Counted from the stretch's first letter, positions 12,533-24,539 are shown. The stretch: DNA of 64,000 nt from Lama glama (GCA_028534125.1 CM052818.1:42532001-42596000); one strand, 5' to 3'. Numbers and translations are program-made. The notes: generated by a model from the sequence alone, not told the origin.

Positions 12533-13154
12533 CCTCCTTTCTTGCTTCCTCTGCATCCCCACCTCCCGCCCTGCTCTGTTCTATGTCACCTGATGACACC
12601 TTACTAAGACACAAAAAAGAACACTAACACACACCAGAATATTTTGACCAGACACCATCAGCTCATTTCATGTGTTTCTCTTTGCAGCACATGCAGGAGT
12701 GTACTTCCAACGCCCAGTAATAGTTTTCTTCCAATTCCTTTCTCTCTCCCTAGGGTCTGCTGAAATTACTCTAGTTAGATGTCTGTATTTTACCTCATTT
12801 TCCCATCTTTCTAATGCCAAGTTCCCTCTTTTCTTTTATTACCAACAAGCGGCATCTATAAAGTGAGGATAATGACGGTGAACTAGCTGAAGGCAGAGAG
12901 CCTTTACCAGGCGACCATTTTCAGCTTATTTTGGTATAAGATTTATAATTCAGTTACTCTTCTAAGGGTAGTCACACCTTTGGGAGAAGACACTTTGATG
13001 AGAATTTGTAGCTGGACCCTCCTACTTCCTCAGGCCAGTCTCACCTCCTGTTTCTTAGAGAGTCTTTAAGTTCTGTATAAGCTTTAAAAGCCGTATTTTA
13101 AAGTCAACAACCCTTTGCTATGAATCCTTCTGGAGCTGAGTAAAAACCAACAAG

Positions 13155-13770
13155 CGTTCATTTGCTCGTTCAGTGAATGTCTCCAGTGCGTCTGAGTCGT
13201 ACCAGCCTCTGAGGCTACAGATACGAACCAGACAGAGTTGTAGCTTCCTGAAGCCTACAGACTAATAAGGGAATAAATACATTGACTCAATATGTCAAGT
13301 ATGATTCTGGGCGTTGGAAATTTAGTAGTAGCTCCTTGCTGTTGAAAGGTTACATTTTATGAGAGAGAGGGAGGGAGGAAGTGGAGGAGGGAGAATATTA
13401 ACAAATAGGTATATATATACATATATATACATGAAAGTGACAAGAACCTATTTTAAGACTCTAGCTAGGGAAAGACTTGCTTGTCTTTAGGCTGATACGA
13501 GGCTGTCAAGGAGAAGCGAGCATGTCAGCGTCTGGGAGAAGGACGTTTCCAGGTGGAGGAAACTGCAAAGGCCCCGAGTAGACCGAATTTGTTGGGACTG
13601 AGGACAGAGAAGCTGTGGCTCCCAGAGCGAGAAGATGACAGAGGAACATGGCGTGCCAAATGCTGCCGTGCGTCATAGGGGTAGAGAATGTGGGTTTTAC
13701 TCCAGGGCAATGGAAAACTGTTCACAAGTTTCAAGCAGGAGACGGATGCAATCTGATTTCTGTTTTAAAA
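13155..13770 (-). mobile_element. L2 LINE fragment
   Basis: Starts 'ttcatttgctcgttcagtgaatgt', and the body includes 'gggcaatggaaaactgttcacaagtttcaagcagga...tctgatttctgttttaaaaagat'. Confidence 0.65.
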
Positions 13771-13858
13771 AGATAAGAAGGCCTTAACTTTATCAGATTT
13801 TGATATTAAAGGTTTTTGTCTTCATAAAATGAGTTGGGAGCTTTTGGGACGCTTTAGA

Positions 13859-14037
13859 ACAGTAGGTCTCAGATTTTGGTATGTGTCAGAATCTCCTGGA
13901 CAGCTAATAAAGAATCCTGAAACTTAGACCTGCTGAGTTATGTCAGGGTCTGAGCCGCTGTTTTCTGGTTTTTGTTTTTTTTCCCACCAAGTTTCCTAGG
14001 TGATTCTTATTCATACCAGAGTTTGGAAATCACTAGA
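13859..14037. mobile_element. MER5-family hAT-Charlie MITE
   Basis: Reads 'cagtaggtctca...tcagaatctcctgga...ttcctaggtgattct...agtttggaaatcacta', with terminal inverted repeats. Confidence 0.7.
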
Positions 14038-14199
14038 TTAGAAAACAATGCAATAATCTGTTACTGAAAGTTCAGATAAAATGCAGCTGGGAGCTCGTAA
14101 GTTCCTGATGGGTTTTGCGATGGTTGTGCTTTAACCATCTTTCGGGTTTCTTCTGTGGTAATTGATCTGCTCAACAGATCTCTCAAACAACTGCACTCA

Positions 14200-17035
14200 C
14201 GACTGTAAAAGCAAGTGTTCTGAATATTAGTCAACGGACTCCAGCCATGTGTCAGAAGGATAAGACGTGCTGATGAGGCAGAGTTGTTTTCTGGTAAACC
14301 AAGTTTTAGCATCAGTGGAACCCGTGAGCGTTGTCCATGACAGCAACAAGGTGAAGCGGAAAACCTGCGCAGTCATAAGAATAAGAGCTGAGAAGGCATT
14401 TGGTAAAACTCACAGCAGTTCCTAAGAACAACTCAGAACATGGGAGGCAAGTATAACTACTTACATGTGATAAAGACCAAGGACAGCAAAAATGGTAATA
14501 CCGATGACTAACAGTTGGTAGGAAAATACTATTCTAAATGGAAAAAATCGTTTCACTTAGAATCAGGAACGATGGAGCTAGGCTGCCATTCCTTTCATTA
14601 TTTAACGTTCTGGGAGGTTTTGGTGAATGCAAAAATCCAAGAACATGAATTAACTGCTGCAAACGTTTGGAAAGAATAAATAGAACTGTATCTTTGCGCT
14701 TGTGATCTATTTTATGTTTGAAAAACCCAAGGGACTCTAGTAAAATTATTACAGTTATTAGGAGAATGTGGTAAGGTGGCTGGATATGGGAGGGGTCTAC
14801 AAAATTATTAATGACTTTTCCCTCATTTGATAAGGAAAATAACTCATTTACAATTCTCAAAAATTGGAAGTACTTAAGAGTAAATACAACAAGAAAGGCA
14901 GTAAGCCTGTCTGAAGAAAACTGTAACACAGGCGGACCTCAGAGATACTGCGGGCTTGGTTCCAGACCACTGCCATACAGTGAATACTGCAATAAAGTGA
15001 GTACATGGATTTTTTTGGTATCTCCCAGTGCATATAAAAATTATGTTTACACTGCACTGTACTGTATACTGTGAAATAGTGTTGTCTAAAGATCAGTGTA
15101 CATACCTTAGTTTAAAAATACTTTAGTACTAAAAAAATGCTAATCATCATCTGAGCCTTCAGTGAGTCATCACCTTTTTTGCTGGTGAAAGGCTTGGAAT
15201 ATCGCGAGAATCACCAAAATGTGATGCAGAGACACAAAGTGAGCACATGCTGTTAGAATAATGGCGCTGATAGACTTGCTTGACGCAGAGTTGCCCAAAC
15301 CTTCAATTTGTAAAAAAAACCAGTGTCCACAGTAAAGAGAAGCATAATAAAATAGGTGGTCAAAAATCTATTTAAAGGCATGTTAATCAGTCTGAACCAA
15401 ATAGTCGATGTATTGTTGGATAACCAGACTTCCTACCACACGCTTGTGATTACCCTAAATTAGTAACTACATTTTAATGCCTTGCCAGTCAGAGTCCCCA
15501 GTTTGGGAGGGTGTTGAGAAAATGATCCTAAGGTTTATACGTACGAGTAAGAGTCTGAGAGGAAACAATGAGAGGAGATAGGAAAGAAAAGGAAGATTTG
15601 CCTCGCCAGATAGCATTATATGATAACGCCCCTGTAATCGAGCCAGTGTGGTGTTAGGTCACGAACAGACTATTGATTAATGGAACACAAAACAGGGAAC
15701 TCATAAGTATATCCCAATGACATGTGAGACTTTAATGTTTAGTACAACCAGCTTATTCATCTGAAAGAAAACAGAAATAGACACCCACTTTAAGCCATAT
15801 TTTATCCTACGCCATATGTGAAAATACATTCCAGAAGCATTAAAGAGTTAAATGCAGACAAATCTAGAAAACTACATGTACAGTATAGAAGCTAGGAGTA
15901 TCTTCTTAATTAAAACTGCAAACCCAAAAGCTATATAAGGATGTGAAGGCATCTTTGAATATATGAAAATTAAAATGTTTATGTATAAAGAAAAACTCCA
16001 CAAATAAAGCCAATTACAGAAGGCAGTGCTTTGATAGAATTTTTATTGCAGATACTGAACAAAGCATGCATGTTTTTGATAGCCAAAAATTTCTTAAAAG
16101 TTGACAAGAAGGAAAACAACCATTAAGGAAATGAACAAAAGGCATAAACTGTCAGTTCAAAGAAAAGCCAGTACCAGTGGCTGGTCAATAGTCAATGGTG
16201 TTTAAATTAACTCTCAGTTAAGGAAATGGAAATTACAATCACAATGAGATATAACTTTACACCCACTAGCAAAAGTTAAAGGAAAAAAATAAAACCGATG
16301 GTTGTCAAATATGAGAGGAAAATAGTACTTTCAGTTTTAACTTAGAGCTTTGAAGAGTTACAGATTTTTATTAAGCAATGGATGACATTTATAAAATTTA
16401 AACTATATATATTCCTCTGATCCACTCTTGGTGGCCTTCCTTACAGAGATTTAATTCCCCAAATGTAAGGACTCATGAGTGAGGATGATTCGTGTGACAT
16501 TATTCATAGTGACAAAGCGAAAAACAGAATAAAAGAAAACTGGAAGTTGGTGAATACTCACCAATAAGGGAATAGCAATAAATTACAGTGCATGCATGCC
16601 CTGGTATGCTGTGGAGTCCTTAAAGAATGGATTAGCTGTTCAGTTGATTTGAAGGGCCTCCCACTAGGGCACTGTTGAGTGAGAAAAGTAAGATGCACTG
16701 AAATAGGAATATTAGGGTGCCATTTTGTAAATCAAACTGACAAAAATCCCTTCCCTATGCATGTAGATCTATGTATACGCACATACGTATCTCTGTGGAA
16801 TTGAGATAACTCCGAAAAGAACACGGAGACAGCCATGGAGAAATGTAACTTATCAATATGGGCTATGATGTTCAGGGAGTGGGGAGGCTGATGGAGGTGG
16901 AGGAGAAAGATGAGAGAACAACACAGAAAAGGAACAGAAAAAAAGACTAGTTTAGAAAGCATATATATAATCTCATTGGCATAACATTATGTACATGTGT
17001 GCACTGTAGAAATAAATAAAATATTTCAAAAATCA
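14200..17035 (+). mobile_element. Old, highly diverged L1M ORF2 plus 3' UTR, interrupted by a Tigger1 derivative
   Basis: A-rich plus strand with degraded RT motifs (near 14550-14620 resembling FPLRSGTRQGCPLSPLLFN; 'aaacccaagggactcta'). Ends in 'aaataaataaaatatttcaaaaat'. Confidence 0.7.
14929..15358. mobile_element. Tigger1-derived internally deleted MITE (Tigger1a-type)
   Basis: The left end 'caggcggacctcagagatactgcgggcttggttccagaccac' is fused to the right end 'ggaatatcgcgagaatcaccaaaatgtga...atggcgctgatagacttgcttgacgcagagttgcc...aataaaataggt'. Confidence 0.9.
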
Positions 17036-17177
17036 AAGGAATTCTAACAATGTTGAAAGGATCAATCCAGGTAATAGTATGCAAAAAAGGAAGCAGGGAA
17101 AGTAACCCAGAAGTTCTCCTGACCAGTAATCCAGGCAAGAAATGATACTGGCTGGTACCCAAAAATAATAGTAAAGG

Positions 17178-17443
17178 GGTGAGAAGGGATAAATTTGGGA
17201 GTTTGAGATTTACAAATGTTAGCCACTATATATAAAAATAGATTTAAACAAAGTTTCTTCTCTATAGCACAGGGAACTCTGTTCAACATCTTATAATTAC
17301 CTTTAATGAAAAAAATGAAAACAAAGTATATGCATGTATATGCATATATGTGCATGACTGGGACATTGTACTGTACACCAGAAATTGACACATTGTAACT
17401 GACTGACTAACAGAAAAAATTTTAAAAATTAAAAAAAAAAAGA
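17178..17443 (+). mobile_element. Young camelid-type L1 3' end with a 17-bp TSD, inserted into an L2
   Basis: L1 3' UTR ('tatagcacagggaact...ctgtacaccagaaattgacaca') plus poly(A). The TSD aaaaataatagtaaagg is identical at 17161-17177 and 17444-17460. Confidence 0.92.
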
Positions 17444-17769
17444 AAAAATAATAGTAAAGGTGGGAGAAGTGAACGCACTTGGAGTACGTCATGGCAGTTA
17501 TAGTGGGCAAGATTTTCTGATGGATTTGACAAGAAGGAAGTTGAAGGGTAAAGATAACTGAAGGACTCAAGGATGAATCTTAGGTTTTTGCTTTAGCAAC
17601 TTGATAGAATACAGATCCATTTTAATGACAGGAAAACTGCATGAGGAATGGGTTGGTTGAGGAAAAAATTAACGAGCCCTCTTTGGGGGCATGTTATAAG
17701 TTTGGGATGCTCGCTGTAAATCTAGCTGGAAAGGTCAAGTAAGCTGAAGCACACAGACTCTGAGCTGAC

Positions 17770-18025
17770 AATGCCCATTCCTCCCTTAGGCTAGTGGGGT
17801 CGTAGTGGTTGTGGGGGTGCATCGCCCTTATCTGCCCCTTGGGGACCAGGGTACCCCTCCCCATGGGTGTTCTCCATGCCTCACAGCTGCGTCCAGTGCA
17901 CACTGGTTCCTCTGCCCAGGCCTCTGTCCTCATTCCGTTCAGGTGATGTCCCCAAGAGCCCCCAGTAAACCATCTGCTGACAAACTCTCCACTCAAGAGT
18001 CTGTTTTCTGGGAAACCTGAACCCT
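17770..18025 (+). mobile_element. ERVL solo-LTR fragment (LTR16-like)
   Basis: The 3' end 'cccagtaaaccatctgctgacaaactctccactcaagagtctgttttctgggaaacctga' resembles the U5 end of LTR16/LTR33. Confidence 0.55.
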
Positions 18026-19203
18026 CGAGGTTACTCAGGTGGTCGGTGACTAAACTGGGACTTAGATCCAGTTCTCCCGAAGAAAAAGCTTCTCATCTTT
18101 CTACATGGCTTTGAGATCACCTCTTTAGAAGACAGAGAATCTGGAGTTTCCAGCCTGCTGCGGGCTGTCCGGAGCCGGATGGCAGGTGCCCACAGTCAGG
18201 AGTGGAGCTGCTGCGTGCTTAGACCTACTTGTCTTCGTGCCCCTTCCATCAGGGCTGAGAAGCTCAGAATGGCTCCAGGTTGGGCCCCCAAAGCCCTCCC
18301 CACCAGACTGGATGTCGACTATGCATCTTGAAGGCCTAAGGCACAGGTGCTCCCCTCTCTAATGAACGCCTTCCCTCGGGTGGAATGAATGAATTCAGTC
18401 AACGACACACAGCAGTGCTGATCCCCCTCTGCGGCAGGCCCTGGGGTGATGTGGCCTCGCACACGCCTCTGTGTGCATTCCTCTTTGTGTTGCCTCTTCC
18501 AGAGCACTCATCATGGCGGTGATTATTTACACCGTGTTCTCTCCCGCTGGACTCTGTGCTCCTCCAGGGTCACCCTCTTACTTATGTCTTTCTTGTGAGC
18601 TTTTTGTATAGTGCCTGGTGCAGACTGGGTACGTGGTGGTGGATTTTAATCCATTCATGACTTTACACTCATCTTTCTGCTTCAGACTTCCAGTTTCAGA
18701 ATCTCAGGCTCACGGGATGGTCACGCTCTTTCCCTGGCCTATGCCGACAAGTTTTTCTTTCTGACGTCTCAAATAAAAGAGCAATTGTTTTACCCACATA
18801 AGCCCTTTCTCGTATCTTAGCTCTGAGGACTGTAAGTCAAAAAGAGCAATGTCTATATTCTCTTTTTGTTTCCAGTCTATGTCTTCACCCTTGCTCTTAG
18901 GAATGCAGTCTGGTCTCTGTTTTTCTCTCCATTTCAAACTCCCTCTGGGCTTTAATTTACTGTGTTTTTCTGTCCGGCTCCTCTCATCCTCAGGGCCACC
19001 CTCTCCACTGGAGGCTTCGCCGTTGCCCTGGAGCCCTGTTCCTTCTGCGATCTCTGTTCCTGCTTTCCTCTTCAGTCCCTCCTTCCGCCTTCACACTCCC
19101 ATCCTGAAGCAAGCTTCCTTCAACTCAGATACCCTCCTCACCTCCCACCACCACCCTTCTCGAAGGAATAGCTTGAGTGTTTGCTTTCATTTACTCCTCA
19201 TAC

Positions 19204-19773
19204 TGTTGATACAGGAAAAATGGGGCGCGAGAGGATGGCTGTGTCCCAGGTCTTGGTCAGATCCTTGGGACTCACCCCATCAAGTGAGGGTCCTTGGCTT
19301 CGTGCAGGAAAGAGTTCAAGAGTGAGCCAAGTGGACTGAAGGTAGATTTATTCAGAGAGAGACGTACTCCACAGACAGAGCGCAGGCCGTTTCAAAAGAC
19401 AAGAGAAAGGGCAGGAGGGAGGGAGGGAAGTAGGGAGAGAGAGAGAGAGCGTGTGAGCACCCTGGGATGTGGGGCTGTTAGTTATTATGGGCTCGGTAAC
19501 TTCATATGCTAACAAATGGGAGGATTATTCCAACTATTTTGGGGAAGGGGCTGCGATTCCCAGGAACTGGGCCATCACCCACTTCCTGACCTTGTATGGT
19601 CAGTCTTGAAACTGTCATGGCACCTGTAGGAGTACCATTTAGCAGCCGTTGCATTATAATGAGCGTATAGCAAAGCTCACAGTCTACTGGGATTTGAATC
19701 TTTTGCCATCTTGGTGCTAATGGCTGTGTCATTCTTTTAATGGTTGTGTCCTGTCCCCTTCCCTCCTGTCTCA
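19204..19773 (-). mobile_element. ERV1 solo LTR, MER41-like
   Basis: TG...CA termini and a 4-bp TSD atac/ttac. MER41-type blocks include 'ttggcttcgtgcaggaaagagttcaagagtgagcc', 'ggggaaggggctgcgattcccaggaactgg' and 'aactgtcatggcacctg'. Confidence 0.8.
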
Positions 19774-19984
19774 TTACCCTCAGTCACAAATTCTATGCTC
19801 TTGAAAGTGTTACTGAGAAGGTCGTAACTTTCCAATCAAGTCTTGCCCTCATTATCTTTAACCACTTGGGGACACTTAAAACTGTTAGCCCTCTCTCCTT
19901 TTGGAAATATTTCCCTTGGAGAAATCTCCAGTCGTGTGGTAGAGTGAAAAAGAGTGTGGACATGGGAATTAACCATAAGGAAGC

Positions 19985-20450
19985 TGTGAACAAAAAATAT
20001 TACAAGCTGCATCAGTAAACAAAGAATGTTGTGGCCACCAAGTCATCAGCCACTACTGTCGGACAAGCAGGTAGCCTGGCGTCTGTAGCCACCCCCACTG
20101 GCGCACCGTGAGGGATGTGAAAAAAACAGGATGCTGGCCCTAGACAGCTGGATGCATATCCAAGGAGTGATTTCAATGAGCCCAAACCTTTGAGCCTTCC
20201 CACATGTAGAAAAGCCCTAAATTCTTCAACTTGAAATGTCTGGTTTTCTTTAGTTAACAGGAATCTTTTAATGTTCCGACCACCTGGTCTTTGTTGTAAA
20301 ACTCCTATAAATCCTGGCTCCTCCCTACCCCTTCGGAGCAGTCCCTCAGAGCGATCTGAGAGGCTGTCATCCCTGGCTGAGTTCTCAGAATTGTCTACCG
20401 AGTAAACCATAACTCTCATTTTGAAGTTGTGCATTTTATTTCAGTCAACA
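19985..20450 (+). mobile_element. ERV1 solo LTR (laurasiatherian type) inserted into a MIR
   Basis: TG...CA termini, TATAAA at 20306-20311, an AGTAAA poly(A)-signal variant at 20401-20406, and 'cttcggagcagtccctcagagcgatctgagaggctgtc'. MIR halves flank it at about 19935-19984 and 20451-20570. Confidence 0.8.
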
Positions 20451-21764
20451 GAGTTCACCTAGTTCTACAGGAGTAGCTGTGTGGCCTTTGACAGCTTCTT
20501 AACCTCTCTCAGCCTTGACTTTCTTATCTGTAAAATGGGGAGATAATTGTAAAGACTGTATAGAATGGTCCTCATTGCCTTATCAAGCTCTCTTGATTTC
20601 TATGACTCTGCACAATCGTTGTTCTCTTTCTGTCTTTCTAACTGCAGCTCCTTTTTCTCGGTCTGCTCTGTAACAAAGATTTCCCGAGGGCACAATGAAT
20701 GAAGGGGTGCAAGGGAGGTGATTTGACCTTTTAACAAGGATCAGATGGGAAGTTATGAATACAAAACTTTTGAGGAGTAAGTCCTTGAATTTTGGCTTCA
20801 TCATTTACCTCATGCATAATTATAATCAGAAAAAATTTTTTTTCCATCATTTCAACATTATACTTTAATTCACGTTCCTTTGCAATAATCTCTAATGATA
20901 TCGCGACAATGTCTATATCAGGACTCTGATGGTAGAGAACACATTTAATCTATTGCCAATTGGACTGTTTATTATGCATTCAGAGTGAATGCAAGTTGTC
21001 TTGTGTTCCTTGAAAGGAATTAGACATGGCTTGATATATTAATGAAGTCATTACCATTTCATTAAACTGTGTGTTTTGAACCAGACTATTCTGTGGCTTA
21101 TTGAGATGCAGAAAGTGCATTCTTGCATGTGTATCAGTCATAGAGGCATTGTATCATAGCATATGTTGTATCAGGCACAGCTGATGGACAAACATACAGC
21201 ACTCGAAAGCTTCAGCTTTTGCATGGAATACTTTCCTGTACGTGCATGGAATTTTGCACAAAATGACGAAAAGTCAGATGCATTTAAATAAAGAAAAAAA
21301 CATGCAAAACAATTGCAAAATGACTTTATTTCAGGAAAAAAAATTTTTATCTGATTCTCAGAAACTAAGGTGGATTTATTTGAGTATGTGTACAAATTAT
21401 TATATGTAGAAATAATTTTCAACCTTGCATATTTAGGAGCAAAGTATAGGAATACTCTTGTATAGCAACTACTATTACTGATTAATTGATTAATTCCTTG
21501 AAGAAGCAAGATGGAGAACATAACCCAATCCTTTTATGCTTATGTCGAGGCAAATTGCTCAAGCTTCACACTACCAAAACTGCTGTATTATTAAAAAAAA
21601 TAATAATAAAACAATAGTACCAACAGTACTAAAACCAGCCAGTGCTTTGGGAAGGAATCATATTTGCCATTTCATGTTTGAAAGGACCCAGGAAGGAGCC
21701 AAAATTGTTTATTAGGTTTTAGGGTCTCATGGTTGGATTGGTTCAGTGTGGGTATGAGGAGGCA

Positions 21765-21990
21765 GGGTTGTATCAGTATCAAATCACAGACTCTGCACAC
21801 AGGACGTGGGCTTACATTCTGTTTCCACCATTTGCCAACTGTGTGCAATCTTGGTGGCAGTTTTTTCTTTGGGGACTATATTTTACATTCATCTAGAAAA
21901 TAGGGGTAGTTTCGGCTCCTGGTGTATGCGTTTTCCAGGATTGCTTGGTGTGTCAACAAATCAGATGGTGGTGGTGAAAATCTCATGTAA
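21765..21990 (+). mobile_element. MIR SINE
   Basis: Degraded core 'cacagactctg...ccaccatttgccaactgtgtgcaatcttgg...catctagaaaataggg'. Confidence 0.55.
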
Positions 21991-22945
21991 AATTGTGACT
22001 TACCATAAAACACTGGGGGTTAGCATTACGACTGGGAAATCAGGCTGAGCTGGGCCAGTGTTCAGAGGTGGGTTCCAATTTGAAAACAACTGTGACATTT
22101 CAGCTCGCAGGCCAGGCAAAGGCCATCCTTGAGATGCAGCGCATGTTAAGTAGAAGTTCCCTGCTGCCTGCCTTTTCCTTCCTGAAGGTGCCAGAGAAGT
22201 GTGCTGGTCTCAGTGGCTCATGTGGAGAGAGGACCCTTTAGAAGATCCCTAGATGGAGGACCTTTTATTGCTGTTGCTGTTTTTTTCGGCTGGAGAGACA
22301 TGTGCACGTCACGTCGTATCACCTGGTCCAAAAACACGCTTCCTGGGTTTGGGATCTCTTGCTAGGCTCATGAGTGCTGGAACACAACCCTCCCTGGATT
22401 TCTTGGTGTTCCTGCGTGTCTCAGACCCTCTCTGCATCAGGAATTGACCAACTATAAAGAGAGAGAATGAATGCCTCCTCTCCTCCGCCGTTTGCCCCCA
22501 TTCTAAGGGTGATAATGTCTAGAGACAAGTTTTCATCTCCCCCAAACACTATGGTTTATGTTCCCGTTAGAGACCTTCAATTCTTCCCCCAGGATACTGC
22601 TTTCCAGAGTAAATGGAAAGCTCTCTCCCCTTCTCTCTCTTTCTCAGAAGTGAGGCTGGGGAAATGTGCCACATCTTCCTATGTTCCTATATAAACTCTA
22701 AGTTTCATAATTTGGAGATTCTTCTCCTGTCAAACAAACTGTTGCATGTGCAGGGGCATCTGGTCCTCACCCAGGTGAGGGAGCATCTTGCATCCTTCAC
22801 AGTTTTGGCGCTATGATTACTTCCTGCACTATGTATTGAGACTGCCAAGTAACAGCCACGCAGACCTTTAGCTTGGGCTCTAGGATGGTTATTCTGGGAG
22901 ACTTAGTAGCTCCAGTTGAGGAATCTTTGGCTGAGACTTGGAGAG

Positions 22946-23093
22946 TTTTTTTGGGGAGGGATGGAAGGGAGGGAGGTATTTAGGTTTTTATTTATTCATT
23001 CATTTATTTATTTTAATGGAGGTACTGGGGATTGAACCTGGGACCTTGTGCATGCTAGGCACATGCTTTACCAACTGAGCTATACCCTTCCCC
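22946..23093 (-). mobile_element. Vic-1-type camelid tRNA-derived SINE
   Basis: The minus strand reads GGGGAAGGGTATAGCTCAGTTGGTAAAGCATGTGCCTAGCATGCACAAGGTCCCAGGTTCAATCCCCAGTACCTCC followed by an (AAAT)n tail. A box at 23071-23082, B box at 23029-23038. Confidence 0.9.
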
Positions 23094-23668
23094 TCACCCC
23101 CTTTTAAGCAGCCTTTAAAAAGAAGAAACAGGCAAATCGTTTTCTAATAGGTGTCTGCTACATCAGGAGAATAACTTGAGGTTGACGATGCACTTCTTGC
23201 TTGTTACTCTGTGAGTGCTTGACCTCTCTCTTGTAGTATTTCCATGGAGACAGGTTACCGTGTGTGTTTGGGACGGCTGGATACTGGTTAAGAGAGTGGT
23301 CATTCATAGTTTCTTGTCTGTGTCCACACACCTTTGGGAAACAAGGGGTAAGAGTTTTACTTGCTGGCATTGATGACATTTGTCACGAACCAAAGGTTGT
23401 ACTTGATGGTGCCTTGGGAAGAGCACTGGACCAAAAGCCAAACTTGCATCAGGACTGGATTCAAGTTCTTACTGTTACTAATCAGACGGCCTTGGGAAAA
23501 TCACGTCAGTCTGCTAATCCTCAGTTTCTTCACTTGAGTCATTAGGATGACTGAACTGTTTAATAGGAATTTTATGAAGATCAAATGGGTCAATGGGTGA
23601 GTTTTTTTTTTTTTCAGTTCTGAGGTGGTGGTAACTGGACCCGTATGAAGGATATTTTTTAAAGAATT

Positions 23669-23688
23669 TTAATTAATTAATTAATTAA
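23669..23688. repeat. (TTAA)5 perfect palindromic microsatellite
   Basis: Directly visible. Confidence 0.9.
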
Positions 23689-23820
23689 CTTTGCTATATA
23701 ATAATTTAAATATCTGATCTGCCAGTATACTCCTTCTTGCCGTACTTCAGGGCAAGGAGTGGAAAATAATACAATCTATGCCTGATTTTACCCGTTTTCC
23801 ATTCTCTTTGCAAGTTTCAG

Positions 23821-23867
23821 AAAGGCGTTTAAGTATTATGGCAGAAAGTGAAATCATGTTTATACAG
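23821..23867 (+). other. Candidate exon (internal, or the 3' part of an alternative first exon) of an unidentified gene
   Basis: A pyrimidine tract ends 'ttttccattctctttgcaagtttcag' and the donor CAG|GTAAGC is strong. The ATG at 23838 has good Kozak context (attATGG) and gives MAESEIMFIQ in phase 0. Confidence 0.35.
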
Positions 23868-24539
23868 GTAAGCGAGCAGCCCCTAGTAGAGGTGTTTATA
23901 CCTTGGGAAACTGTGGACATCCAGAGTGATATCTGGGGCATGACTTCTATCAATGAGATGATAGTCTGCTGAAAGGGACCTGAGGATGGGGGTTTTAGGC
24001 TCTGGTCAAGCACCTGGGTATCTAAATGCCCTGGACATTGAGGGCACTTCCCAGAGGAGTGAATGGACCTGGGAGAGGTCACCTGGAGAGGGAGGTTGTG
24101 TCATGGACGTGGGTTGGCATCGGGTAACTGTGGGGGAGAAGTGGAGGTGCATCCGGATTTCCCCAGTGAACTAGCTCTGGAAGGAATGTGTCTTTGGTAG
24201 AATCCTATAGAACAGCAGAGAACTGCCCTCTAGAGCAGCAGAACTGAGGGAGCCACCCTGAGCCAGGAACCCAGGAGGCAGGACATGGTGAGGTCACACG
24301 GAGACCCTTCAATGGCAGTAGTTGTTTGGAGTTGCCACTGCTTTGGGCTGTTCCTGGGTGGTCCCCTCTGCTGATTGTCATTGCTGTTGGGAGTGGCCCT
24401 TGGGAGTCCTAATGACTGGAAGGGATCGATGCAACTAACAGGGACTGTGTCACCAGGAGGGTCGATGTCGGGACATCTGTTGCACAGAGACATCTTACTA
24501 AGCTGGAGTGACTGACTGATGTCATTTTAACTTCCCTGT

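Noticed and set aside
23016-23093. tRNA-like sequences with A and B boxes (also 30612-30690)
   Set aside because: They have SINE tails, occur as several diverged copies (one with a TSD) and have broken cloverleaf stems, so they are SINE heads rather than tRNA genes.
23880-24490. Possible ancient Gypsy-like LTR
   Set aside because: Only a compositional impression; I could not match termini or a consensus.
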